Source: Moniliella sp. 'wahieum' (taxonomy: Eukaryota). From it: a DNA stretch of 64,000 bases. The position numbers and the translations under genes were made by a program. The stretch is taken from the NCBI GenBank assembly GCA_003971905.1, contig RSEE01000005.1, positions 372,001 to 436,000 of the forward strand, read 5' to 3'. Shown in pieces: positions 1 to 12,283 of the stretch; the stretch's first letter is position 1, and each line of letters opens with the position of its first letter. The notes below the pieces were generated by a model. That model searched no databases. It was not told the DNA's origin and was given only the letters and a program-made list of their open reading frames with translations.

Positions 1-32
1 GCCTGCTGCGCCTCTCGCCCCTTCTCCCCATT

Positions 33-324
33 ATGCATCGTCGATCATTAATCATGCATTAATCATCCGCGGCGATGGGCGCATTGGTCAAGATCGCCCG
101 ACTCGTACCGCGCCGTACCCTGCCCAAATACTTCCGTCGCCCATCCCAGGCCATCCCCCCATCATGCATCAGGCCTCATCGACTATCGACCATCGACCAT
201 CGACCCATTCTACGCCCAAACCTCGTCTCGCGCGGCAAAAGAGCCAGATCGTTGAAGTTGAACGTCAACCTTGAAGAGCTTGAAGCTTGAAGCTTGAAGC
301 TTGAAGCTTGAAGCTTGATTAATG
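33..324. repeat. Cluster of phased 7-bp palindrome-core repeats, including (AAGCTTG)5
   Basis: ATGCATC-GTCGATC-ATTAATC-ATGCATT at 33-60; ATGCATC-AGGCCTC-ATCGACT-(ATCGACC)3 at 164-205; (AAGCTTG)5-ATTAATG at 283-324. Confidence 0.9.
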
Positions 325-999
325 ATTGCCCACAGCATCGCTGACATGCGTCTACTTTTCCTTCCTGTACTGCTGTATACCCAGAGGTCCCACATCCTGC
401 ACCATACACCCACGCATGCCAGATCCCAGTGGGATCTGTCTGAGACGACTTGTTGGTTTTTCGTATTGCGCTCGTGTTCTTCATCCATCTTCGAGCTTCA
501 AGCTTCAAGCTTCACCCGACGGCGAGAATCATGTTAATGATGCATCATGCATCCATCATGCACATGTGGAGTTGCAATGGGCAGACAGTGCAATGAACGT
601 TTGAACCTCCCTTCTCTCTTCGCGGTGAGTTTCTTTTTATCTGAAGCGATGAATACACGCTGCTGGACGCGACCACCATTGACGCGACCGAGACGCGAGG
701 CTGACCTGCGCAGCGGAGTGGCAGGTAGGGAGGCCAAGAGGACCAAGCAACATGCAACCACCAGAGAAAAAAAAGGTGCAACAGGATTGAACGTGTTGGA
801 CCGCCGCACCGCCGCAACGTCGCAAACGCACAATAAGGGGGGGAAATCGGAATGAACGATGTCTTCGCCATTGATTCGCAGTTCTACGCATGGTATCAGA
901 TACGCTCCTATCGTCAATTGTCGGTACAGCAAAAGCAACAGGCTAGGTTCCATCCAGAGGGACCAACTGAATGTTCCAGTGCTTGTAGCGCCATGACTA

Positions 1000-3900
1000 G
1001 CAAGCATGACTAGGGGGGTACACATTGGACCCTAGGCTATTGTACAGAGTAGCAGGAGATGGATGTGTCTCTGCGCATGGTACACGTTGGTACGCGCGGG
1101 TACGTGTCAGGCTCACGACACGGGGAGGTACGGTCAGTTGGGGCAGAAGCGGCAGAAGGGCAAGAAGGAGTGGAAAGCGGGGCATCGACAAAGTGGCAGG
1201 AGCTTGCCGAGAAGAAGCAGGATCCTGGGTCGGATGAAGAGACGGATGCAGCTGCCCAATCCCATGGGAGTGGAGCCGTGCCAGGTAGGCGGATGAAGAT
1301 CCGACAAAGTAATGTTGCTGGCGGGAGAAGCGTTGCGTTCGTCGGGCAAGCGCTGTCCGAGTCCCCCAAAAAAGGCTGTCACCGCAATCAGCTTGTGACG
1401 AAAACTCATGCTCCACCACCACCTGGGAATAGTTCAGCCCTTCCTCTTCCGCATCCGATTGCTCTGCGTCGGCGGGGATGCCTTCCCCCTTTGCGCGAGG
1501 TGCCCCCCGAGGAGGAACGGCCTGGCATGCCGCTCCAACCATGCGACCCAATTCGGCCAAGTCACCCAGATGGGTGTTGCGAGGTATAAAAGGGCAACGT
1601 TGCGTACGCCAAAACAATCAAGAAAGAGTGACAGTTCCTCTCCACCAAGAGGGGCAAGACGGCTGAGACGGTAAAGCCCTTTTTCCTCTTGAACTGTCTT
1701 GGTATCCGAAGATGCAACAGCAGGCGCCGGGGAGGTAGAGACGCCGGGGCCTGGCGGGGGCCAATCGCCCCTCGATTGGCCCAGGCTCGGCGGGCTCTCC
1801 AACTGCGCTTCCTCGATCGGTTCTTTTGGATGATCGGACAAAGGATTGCCACTAGCTCCGGAACTGGCCATGCCTTTCGCTCCTTTGCACGTTGACGCTT
1901 GGCCTTACGCTTCTCGGCAGCAGAAAGGTGGCCGTGATGCTCATTAGGCTGGGGGGGAGACAGTGGCGCTGGCTCCGGCGCATCTTGTACACGAAGTGTG
2001 CGGGGATGGTCGCGGCCAGCGTGTCGGGCGCATCGTCATGAGGTGCAAATTGGTAGTCGACTCCACCCCAAGGAGGTGAGGTGCAGATGATATCAAAGTT
2101 CCACTGGGCATAGGTACGCCACTCCTCGCCCAATTCAGGGTCGGAAGCAACACGGGCAAGAGCAGCTTCCTTACGTCCACGACCGGTCCTCCTTCATCAA
2201 GGGCAGAAAGGTACAATTTGCGCGCCTTAGCATAACGTGGGGCCCAGGTAGTAATGTCGGCACAGACGAGCGTGATGCGGTCCTCAACACCATAGATACT
2301 GGCATTGTGCTTTGCGAGCGCAATCTTGACAGGATCAATGTCCAGGCCAACAACATGAGCCACCTGGCCACGCAGGCGTTTGTGAGCAAATGCGATGACA
2401 TGACCACCAGCTCCGCAAAAGGATCCAGGATCCGCAGGCGCTGGGTTGACTTGTCCCGATTGAGACCGGGGCTACGACCCGTCTGGCGGGCTGGGGGTGG
2501 GGCACGCATGGCGGTAGAAGGTTCGGGCAAGCGCGTAGACTCCAATGGCAACAAAGCCGGCGCTTCTCTCGGGCGATTAGACCAGGAGGGATGGCCAGGC
2601 CAGGGGGAAACCCAGGGGCCGGACCGGGGACATGGTAGATGAAACGGAAGCAGGAATCGGGAGAGGGGGGCGCCTCAACCCGGGAGGGGCCGAGTATGGG
2701 CTGAATTAGATCTGGGGGGGCAGCTGGGGCGCAGCTGGGGGCGTCCTCGTGTCAGGAACCGCGGCTGCGAGGGGCCCAGCTCCATGGGGAACACCGAATC
2801 AGGAGGTGCGATTGGATCGTCGTGCGCTAGCGATTGTGATTGAGCCGGTGCGTGTAGGCGCGACCGGTCGGTTGAACCGGTAACAGGGGCAGGGCTGCGA
2901 GAGAAGGCATCTCGTTGCGAGACTCGGGAGGGGAGGCGAGATACGCATGCATCGCTACACAGCGCCATGCGATATGGGCAGAGACAAATTCGGGGGTGAC
3001 CGAGTACCAGCTCTCCTTGTCAAGGAGGATTCCTTGGTTGAAGCGGGTGAAGAGGTACCAACGACTGCGCCAGTCTGTATGGAGAGGAGAGTTAATGATG
3101 GATAGGCAGACAGTACGGAAGAAGGATGGGTCAGACATACACTTGTGCATGTTGGGCGGCATATCCTCCTGGCGCGTGATGGCATGCCGGAGGAGTTTTG
3201 CCTCTTCAGGATTAACGCGAGCACGCGAGCAATAGCACGGGCGCCTGGATCGTCCTCGGGGTCAGCAGCAACCGCGGAACGAGTAGCATGGTGCCGTGAG
3301 GGGGAACCGGTGAGGACATGCGAGCAGAGGGGCTAGCAGAAATGGAGGGTGGGACGGGTGGCAGGGACCATGGAGTGCTGCCGGCGTTTGTGCCGCTGCC
3401 TCCAGGACCGGAAGATAGGGTGTGGCGGAGAGGTACACGGTGGAGGCGGGTGTGGGAGTGGGCCGAATAAGGGGGATGAGAATCGTCAGCCAGAAATGGC
3501 CTGCGGGTCTTGTGCGGCGGAGACATGGCTGATCCGGGGGGGCGGCGGAAGCGCTCCGGGGAGCGGGTAGGGTCTGCGGGTAGACGTGTCCCAGGGGTGG
3601 TACGGCGCGGCGGGTTTCCAACGCGCGAGCTGGGTGTGATGGGGGAGCGTCCGGGAACGATGCGCGGGGGAGGCGCGACGAGCGGCGGGCGGAGTAGACA
3701 AAGCGGCAGACAAGTGGTAGACGCAGAGGCAGACGCAGAGGCAGACGCAGAGGCAGACGCAGAGGCAGACGCAGACGCAGACGCAGAGGCAGACGCAGAC
3801 GCAGACGCAGCCACAGACGCAGGGCCAGAGGAAACAGGGGACGACACCGATGCTGGACCGCGTGCGGATGCGGACGCGGGGAGGGTGGGGGTGGGGGTGG

Positions 3901-4076
3901 GGGGGAGGTGGAGGCCATGTAGCGCGGGTTGAGCCAGTAGCGGGGCATGTGGCTGAGGGTCAGGTGGTGCAGGTTGGTGTCGGTCGCGTGGGGGCGGGGG
4001 ATGCCGGGGCCAGCGTGTCTGGGGGAAGGCCTGCATGGACGCCATTGCGTCTATCACCAGCCGCTCCGTCGGTCAT
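1000..4076 (-). CDS. TGS1: Trimethylguanosine synthase (RNA cap hypermethylase), spliced and frameshifted; ends approximate
   Basis: Motifs in order: MHKY|WRSRWYLFTRFNQGILLDKESWYSVTPE (intron 3075-3140, GTATGT..CAG), ILDPF, VVGLDIDPVKIALAKHNASIYGVEDRI, DIICTSPPWGGVDY, PRNT, KLIAVTAFFG. Confidence 0.85.
3720..3812. repeat. Hexamer microsatellite (GCAGAC/GCAGAG)n inside the TGS1 N-terminal region
   Basis: Direct reading; encodes (AS)n in one minus-strand frame. Confidence 0.9.
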
Positions 4077-4584
4077 GGTGGAGATGGCCGGGACGGAGAT
4101 GATGTGGTGGGGCGCGGGGGGGAGGCCTAAGGAGGAGGAGGCTATCGTGATCACGCTCTGTCCGATGCGCCGCAGCTACGGTCACGTTGTGTACGTCAGC
4201 CTGTCAGTGCACTCAGTCACTCAGTAACTCGGCTCAGTTCCTTGAAACATTTCTGTCCGGCAATGGTCCATCCCAAGTCTCCCGTCGCTCCCCTCGACCC
4301 GGCATTGTTGGGGAAGCCCATTCCCTCCCTGGGGCCCACGCCACAGCCCAACGGCCGACTCCGGATGAGGCTGGCGAGGCTGCCTTGGCTGTGCGACCAG
4401 CCTCGGCAAGCCCTGCCTCGCCTCCTCCACGCCCTCCCTTCTGCCACACCATTCCGCCCCAGGAGCAGCTACCACAACACGTGCTCTGGCCATGCGCTCT
4501 TTCGCCCAGCGCGCCCATCCGCCCCATCGCCTATGTGGACTGAGATATACATGGCCCGCCAGCTCCTCACAGGCACCGCATTGG

Positions 4585-6410
4585 TTATCGAAGATAGACA
4601 TGGCCGACCGGCAGCCGGCGAGTGAAAAAGCTCCCACTGCACATCACAGGTCCGTCTTGGCCTGCACTGCCCCTGTCAAGTCTTGCACACTTGCTTGCTG
4701 CCAGCTGTGCCGCTTCATACAGCTTGGCCTTGCTCAAGTAGTAGACCTGGATGGCAAACAACGATATCGGGTCCTGCTCATCCATGTAAGAATACCACTG
4801 TCGCCCCATTCGCTCCATGTCAGTACCCCATCCTCTGAACCAAAAAAATGAAAACAGGGCCAGTTCACGCACGATAATCTCCCACACGCCCAACGCGAGC
4901 ACCAGCACAACCATAAAGAAGGCAAAGATAATCGCAACATAAACCAGTACAAGCCGTCGGTTCCTTCGGTCTCCTGTAGTTGCTGAACCCTGCGTGCCTC
5001 CTCTTTTGACATGATCGGGATCGTAGTCAGGGATGTATCCCGGGTACCACCAGCTTGGCTCAGCGCCGCGGCCAACGCTGTGGCACGCCGCTGCTTGCTC
5101 ATCTCCTCAATTGCCTGGCGACGGCCGAGAACACCAGGGGTGCGCCTCCAGCGCCAGCTCGCTCCGGCCCTACACCGCCTTGGGCGAACTGACAAAGGAA
5201 GGGTTGCGATTCGCACCATACCTCGATCCGCGACAACTCTACCCCCCATTCGACAAAGTTCAGGTCGTCCGGGCGGAGGCGAGCATGAATATGCCTCGCA
5301 AAGTCGCGGAACATGTACGCCACATCACGGTTGTTGGTCTCCCGTAAGAAGCAGCTGGACCGCTTGGCCCTTGCGAATCTTGAGGTTGCGCTTGAACACG
5401 GCTGGGTTGTCAAATAGCAGGTCCAGCGTCGCAATCGCCATCACTTGTGGAATAGCGGCAAAGTTGAACACGCTTGTTCTTGCAGCATGGTCAAGTAGTC
5501 CAGCACGTACGTCACATGGCTCATCGCGTCAAGCACATGGTAGACAAGACCCCCATCGTTCGTTGACCCAGTTCCCCGTTGACCGGACGGTAATTGCCCG
5601 GTGCATACTCCTCCACACCCTCAGCAACCTCGGTCTGCGACGCAAACCCACACCCAGGGCGCGACCACGCCTCGGCTGGCCAGAAGAAGCGACCTTGGTC
5701 ACAATCCTCAGCATAGTCGCGGATAATGTTGGTCTTCTGCAGGTAGAGGCCATGTGGTTGGATAACGCCATCTGTTGTCCACCAAGGACGACTCCAATCC
5801 CGAAGCCGAGAAAAGGCGGCTCAAGCCCTCACCGACCAGGCCTGCGACAAAGTGGCAGTACAAATCGTAGTCGGTCCATTTCTCCACTTTGAGGGTACCC
5901 TGGCCCCGGCCAGTTCAATGTACGATGCCATTCCGCCGCCCATTTGGCCGTCATGTCGGCAATGACCACTTGATACTTTTCCTCCAGTAACCCAAACTCG
6001 CCAATGACCTTGTCAAATTCGACCAGCAATTGCCGTCCTTCTCATTGGGGCCCGACTCCGTAAAAGTCCAGCCAGGTGGTAGAGCTTTTTGTGGAAGGAA
6101 GTCAGGAGCGGGATCTTGATCTCGGGCGCAATGGTCATGTCGTCCTCGATAGTGTCGAGACCACGAAGGATGATGTAGTAGAGGCAGATGACGCGCGACA
6201 GATCGCCCTTGAGCTCCTTGATTACCGCAGCAAAGGAGCGGAGGTGAGGTCCAGAAAGCGCCAGCACGCCCGCATCTGCTCTCGGTCCCAACCGCTGGCA
6301 GCGGGGTTGGCCGTGATCGTTGAGCGGGCCATGGCGGAGCTTGTATTGGACAGGGAGCGGAGCTCCTTGGGGTGGGTGAATAGCAGCGTGAGAAGCTCGG
6401 ATTCGCCCAT
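4585..6410 (-). CDS. ERG9: Squalene synthase (farnesyl-diphosphate farnesyltransferase), frameshifted
   Basis: [47 protein letters not shown] region near 5720, RDFARHIH, C-terminal hydrophobic anchor. Confidence 0.93.
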
Positions 6411-7289
6411 TGGGGATGCAGATGGGGTAGCGAAGGAGGCGGTGGGGTTAACAACGGAAGAAGTTCCTCGACTAGATTGAAGTTGAACTTCAACTTGACG
6501 CGACGGTAAAGGATCCACTTGATGTTATTAGCCCAGCAATCCAATACGCCCACTACCCAAATGTGCCCATCTGGCCCACCCTTCCGCGGCTTAGCTAATG
6601 TGTCCCTCTGGCTTGGGGGGGGAGGCGCACGATGATCATCATTCACAATCGAGGATGTCGATCAAGCAATCTTCTCTGACTTGATTGCGTTTTCCAAACG
6701 CCCACGTGCCATATCTCACACAAAACAGTCGTGTCGTGGCAAAAACGCCGCGGTTGCTTGCTGTTCGAATCGTCTCCTCACCTGTTGGTAAAACGCGGTT
6801 CTAAACCGGAGGGAGCGCGAGTGGGTACAAATGAGCGTGATACGCATGTCATCTATGGATGTTTGAACCGTCTACAAGGCTCTTCCGCATAAGATCTAAG
6901 ATTCCTCCAGTGTTCAAGCGTTATGTTGCCTCTGGTCTCATATAGCAGCCGCATGGCGCATGACCACATATATTTAAAGGACTCTTTTGAGTATGTCCAT
7001 GACACTTGGCGTTACATGAAAAAGGGTAGATATAGCGAGTTATGAGCACAAGAGCGATGGCCAACAGATTAGGGATGTCAGCCCCAATTATATCCCATCC
7101 TAATGGACTACTCTGCCGCCGTTTTTTGCGCTATATAGAGTGCGGATCCTATTCTCCCTGTTCAACACTTTAAAGAAGATAATGATGATGTTTTGATATC
7201 TATGATGGAGTGCGTATCCCCCAAGATGCAAGAAAAACTGTATGATGCACTCTCTGTGATAATCTCGCGCATACTCACGAACTTTGTGT

Positions 7290-8670
7290 CAACTATACAC
7301 AGCTTTCTTGTACGGATTCAAATGGTTCGCGAGCGCTGGGTCAAAGACTGTTGCCCTCTCTTCTCCCTTCCCAATGAAGAATGGGGATGGGTATCTTCCA
7401 GTTAAAGGACATGATTGAGGGATGGCCCGGTTAAGGTTTTTTTGCCGTACCACAACAGAGGAACTCATCTTAATCCTTATTCTCAAAGTGGCACTCTGTT
7501 CCTCCCTCACTGCGGCCACCGTTCTTGCCTGCACGAACGCACGGTGAATATGGGTCTGGCGGGCATGGTTCAGGCGGTATAAGCGTGTAAGTCCTGCCAG
7601 ACGCCACCCCACACTCCTGCTTCGTTTTTGATGATGGAAGGTCCAGAGGATGCTTGACATGCTCAACGGCAACACGTTTCTGTTGTTTTGTGGTACGGCG
7701 CCATCCTGCCGAGCGGGGTGAAGGCGCCTTCCAAAGGATGCACGAAAACCAAAGGTGTTGATCGGCATCCGGCGCAGTGCGTGCGGGGGACAAAAAAGAT
7801 GTGTCCCAACGCTCTTGACGATGGGGGACAATACGTTTCTGGCGGAGAAGAACGGCGAGCTGGTGGCCCACGCCAGGCTTCAGAAAAGTGGGAATATATG
7901 TTGTTAGCATCAATAGAACTTGGGTGGCAGGAGTGAAAGAAAAATAATGTGACGCACCTTTCGCGTGCATCCAAGCCCGCCACACCATGTAGATTCCAGG
8001 CAGATTGGGTATGACGGGAACAAAGGTCAAAGGCAGCGTAAATGGCGTAGCCAGCAAGTATTGGTAAAACCGTCGCTGATGGAACTGGCTTGCATGGGTT
8101 CACCAAGTCAACAACGCCCTGTACGATCCGGGTAACAAAGCAGGGGTGGGGCACAAGAGCCGAACCTGCTCAAATAGAGAGGAAGAGGTAAGCATTGGGA
8201 TCCAAGCCCACTTGCCAGAGGTATAAGAGGTACATCTGAGTTTTCTTGAGCACGTTTTGAGGTGGGCCCAATAGAGGAGCAGGTCCATGAGGGTGTGATC
8301 GGAATGCGGAATTGATCTCCTACCATTTTCTTCCGAGCCGGTGTACGCGTGGTTTCCACTCCCCCCATCCCCTCTGACCAGCAGGAGGGTCTTCCATAGC
8401 TACCCACTTGTGCGCTACCCGGCGCGAGATAATGCGTGCCGACGAGCGCACCCACCAAGTCGCGGTCGACACCACCGTTCGTTCCCACGGTCGTGCTGAC
8501 CCTGTGTTGCGCGTGCCCGTTCCACACACTGCTGTGCTATGCGAGGAGCACGGGCCAAGAGGGACAAAGATTGTGTGTCCCCCTGGAAGGGGAATGGCCA
8601 GCAGTCGAAGGCGACGGGCAATGGGCCCAATGATCCGTTGGACTAGTAGTGGACGAGGAGTCATGCGCAT
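7290..8670 (-). CDS. Mitochondrial K+/H+ exchange-related protein (Mit_KHE1 / YDL183C-like); ends approximate
   Basis: N-terminal RLRLLAIPL and PFTLPLTFVPVIPNLPGIYMVWRAWMH resemble the family signature. Confidence 0.65.
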
Positions 8671-9294
8671 CTTGTCTCTCCTTTCACTGCTTTTTCTTCT
8701 CTCAACGAGACCTCGCCAATTCAAGACGAGATGGTGAGAGACGGTGATGTGGTGTGTACTAACAAAGAGCAACCCGTGCGGGTCTGTCAGCCATGCACGC
8801 CATGCCATGGGCAGCCAATTCCACTGTGTTTTGGTCTATCCGGCATCAAAATGTGTGCCATTCGGCGCCATCATCAACAATGCACGTTCACGTGCCCATT
8901 ACATTTTGTTGCATTTTTGGAACCACAATCGCGACTGGTGGTGTGCATGTGGGCTATCTGTACTCTCTAACGGAAAAGGCAGATGGGAACAGCTCTCCAG
9001 AGAGCAGGGGAACTAAAGATACACACGCAACAAAGGTCGCATACTCTCTCTGTTATAGCCACAACGCCTCACATGTCACTATTACACGAGAAGAGACGGA
9101 TCAAAAGCTGATCAAAAAGCTCTGAGTGGCTCAAGTAGGAGCTGAGCCTCTACGGGCTTCCTGGTAGGCGTAGCCCTACGTCGATTAGTGGGAAGCACAT
9201 CTGTATGATTACTCGAATGGCTGAACGCAACTTGGACCAAGACGAGGATACTGCACCCTGGTGCAATACCCACATAGTTCGCTATTGCTATAAT

Positions 9295-9378
9295 AGCTAC
9301 CTAGCTCAGGCGGAAGAGCGGTGGGCTCATATTCTTCTTGTGACCCACAGGTCGTCGGATCAAGACCGACGGTAGCTA
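9295..9378 (+). tRNA. Initiator tRNA-Met(CAT) with an 11-nt intron (9332-9342)
   Basis: Cloverleaf: acceptor AGCTACC/GGTAGCT (A1:T72), D-stem GCTC/GAGC, anticodon stem GTGGG/CCCAC, CAT at 9328-9330, T-arm GTCGG-ATCAAGA-CCGAC (A54, A60). Confidence 0.92.
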
Positions 9379-9379
9379 A

Positions 9380-9387
9380 TTTTTTTT
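9380..9387 (+). terminator. Pol III oligo-T terminator
   Basis: Run of 8 T immediately after the tRNA. Confidence 0.8.
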
Positions 9388-9401
9388 GTCCCAACTCGAG
9401 C

Positions 9402-9481
9402 ATGCATGACGCATGATGCATGAGTATGACGTGTGACGCGTGATGTATGATGCACGATGCGTGATACATGATGCATGATGC
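9402..9481. repeat. Degenerate (ATGCATG)n heptamer array, about 11 units
   Basis: ATGCATG ACGCATG ATGCATG AGTATG ACGTGTG ACGCGTG ATGTATG ATGCACG ATGCGTG ATACATG ATGCATG. Confidence 0.88.
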
Positions 9482-10695
9482 CCCGAAGTTCGACGTTGAG
9501 TTCACCTGCGGTTCAACGTTTTCCGTTCAAATGCCTGTGTGGTATAGCAACCAGCAGGCCCCGCACCAGTGCTCCCGGGATGCGGCGGGTGTATGAATGG
9601 GGGGGAGGCTGGGCGCTCCTGGCTGGACTGGCTGGACGCGCGTTGGACAGACTGGGGCGCGCGCGCGGATGTGTCGCAAAAGAGGAGGCGTGTGCAATGG
9701 GCGTGTGGGAGACAGAATCGGGGATGGATGATGATCGATCTCGATGATCGATGATCGATGAATGATCATACATCATGCATCATGCATCATGCACATCCTG
9801 AGCTGTGCGGAGACGGGGCGGAACAAGGAACGTGGAAGTGTGGTGGAGGGCGCGCGGGCGGGGTGGGCGTGCGCGCGGTGCAAACGCCATGTTGCTCGGG
9901 ATCGGTGAGATTTGATATCTGTATTGGAATGCATGATGGGTGGAAGAAATGGGGCGGCTAGCCCTGGCCAGCCCAACATCTTTTCAAGGGGGAAGCATTC
10001 TTCGTCCGCCGAAGGCGCTGAGGGCTGGGCGCTGGCTGAGCCTCAGCGCCGAGCCGCTGAGCCGCCGAGTGCGACCGGTACTACTGTCTTGCACTGCGCA
10101 CACAGCCAGTGCTCCCGCCGAGCGTGGCTGGCGAAGGGGGCGGCTGCGTTGCTGTGCCAGGCAGCCTGAGAACGCCGTCTGCCTCCCAAAGCCCCCACGG
10201 GGAAAGAGCGGGGCAGCTGAGACACGGGGGACGGAGGTCCGCTGCTCCGCACGGACCACACACTGCCCCCCTGCTCCTCGCTCGCCGGAACGAACGCCGG
10301 AGGGCAGGAGAGCAGCCTCGGTGGCACTTGCCCAGCGTCCATGCTGCTCCGCTGCCCCCGCGCCCAGGAACGCCGCCGGCGTCGTATCCGTGTCCGCCAC
10401 CCACTAGTCACTAGTCTCTGTGACTTGCCGGTGTCTGCCACTCGCTAGTCGCTAGTCACTTGTCACTCACCTCCTTCTCACCCATCCCCATCCCCATCCC
10501 TGGCCCGCGGCACAGCAGACAGAGCAGACCAGCCTGCTGCGGCCTACTGCTGTCCCCCGCCCAACCCATAGTCTACAGCCTTCCACCGCCCGCCACGAGA
10601 CACGTCTTGTGGCGTCTTTCTTCCTTCCCACTCCCGCTTCTTCTTTATCCCTCCCACCACCCCCACCTCTCTCCCGCCGCACTACTCATCTCCCC

Positions 10696-11634
10696 ATGTC
10701 GTCGCCCGCCGTTAACAAGACCCACACTCCCCGTCACCTCCAAGCGTTCAGCATGGTTAGCCCCCCCTCTCCCGCCCCACAGCCGCCCATTCCCTTTGGA
10801 TAGACTGACTGACCTATGACTGTTTTGCGCTGATATTCAGGAGGGCAAGGTGTGCGCCGTGACAGGCGCGGCCCGCGGGCTGGGATACGAATTTGCCAAG
10901 GCCTTTATCGAGGCAGGTGCCAGCCAGGTGGCGATCATTGATTTGCGCGAGGAGGACGCGAAGCGTGCCGCTGAGCAGCTGGTCGCTGAGTTTGTCGCCC
11001 AAGGCCAAGCGCAGCAGGGTGAGCTGGATGTGCAGGGCTACGGCTGCAATGTCGCCGACGAGGTGCAGGTAGGAGCGACGTTTGCTGCGCTGCACAAGCA
11101 TTATGGCCGCCTGGACTCGGTGGTCAACTCGGCCGGGATTGTGGAGAACTATGCGGCCGAGGAGTATCCGGTGGATCGGTACAAGCTGCTGATGTCCATC
11201 AATGTGGAGGCAGCTGGTATGTTGCAACCCACGCGGCCAAGCTGATGATGAAGCAGGGCATCCAAGGCACGATTGTCCTCATTGCTAGCATGTCGGGCAC
11301 CATTGTCAATGCGCCGCAGAAGCAGGCGCCCTACAATTTGTCCAAGGCCGCCGTCAAGCACATGGCCTCCTCGCTCGCAGTCGAATGGGCGCCCAAGGGC
11401 ATCCGCGTCACTTCGCTCAGCCCTGGATACACTCTTACCAAGCTGACCCAGCGCATCTTCGACGAGCACCCGCAGGGCAAGGAAATGCGGGCCGACTGGG
11501 AGGGCAAGACGCCCATGAACCGGATGGGCTTGCCGGAAGATCTCAAGGGAGCTATCATCTACCTTGCCTCGGACGCGAGCAAGTTTACCACCGGCCAGGA
11601 TTTGCTGGTCGATGGAGGATTCACCTGCGTTTAA
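10696..11634 (+). CDS. Short-chain dehydrogenase (D-arabinitol 2-dehydrogenase / sorbose reductase-like)
   Basis: Intron 10756-10840; TGAARGLG Rossmann motif, NSAGI, ASMSG, YNLSK catalytic motif, TGQDLLVDGGFT; one frameshift near 11220. Confidence 0.92.
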
Positions 11635-12283
11635 TGCTGTGTTGGATTGCCTGCCGGTACCCACGTCTTTTGGACTCCAACGGCGTTTCTAATGCATCTT
11701 GACTGTGGTTGTCAAACAGGCCGGGGTGGCGTTCCGGGCGCTGGAATCTGCTGCCGTACGCTATAGCTTGGGAGCAGGTTGATGCCCATGTTTTTGTGGG
11801 TGTCACAAGAGGCAGACACTTTGTAGATAGCTGACTGCTCTTGAGCTGCACTGCTGGCAATGGACCGCATTTGAATAAATTGGCTGCGCCAACTGAGATG
11901 GACTGCAAGCTGTGGGTGTATGGATATGTAGCTGTCGAGAGCGCCATGACAGGTTGCAGCAGCCAACCTTGGCGGTTGGGGCAGCAGTGGGGCTGCGCAG
12001 AGCAAGGATGGGAAACAGGTTCCATGGAAGGATGCTTAAACGTTTGGGAATCGCCGCGGAGCTCAGGCTCTTGTGGGCCCAGGGGGCTCGAGATGAGCTC
12101 TGATAAGCATCTTTGACTCGCTGGCTTCAACAGCTTTACCAGTTGCTCCGCTGCCGGTGATGCCGGTGATGAATACGATGAATTCAGGTCGAGTTCAACG
12201 TTGAAGATGCGTTCAACGTTCAACGTTCAATGTAACACTTTTTGGGCTGAATATTTAGACTGCCCGCACGATCCCCATCCAGC

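Noticed and set aside
283..324. Restriction-site runs (HindIII, NsiI, ClaI, SpeI, ScaI) as vector or polylinker contamination
   Set aside because: Dispersed across many intergenic regions, degenerate, in 7-bp phase, and with no vector backbone sequence
534..1025. 163-aa minus-strand ORF downstream of TGS1
   Set aside because: No domain similarity recognised; more likely 3' UTR or intergenic DNA
4585..11634. Secondary-metabolite cluster around squalene synthase and the SDR
   Set aside because: Neighbours are unrelated housekeeping genes, with no P450, cyclase or other tailoring genes
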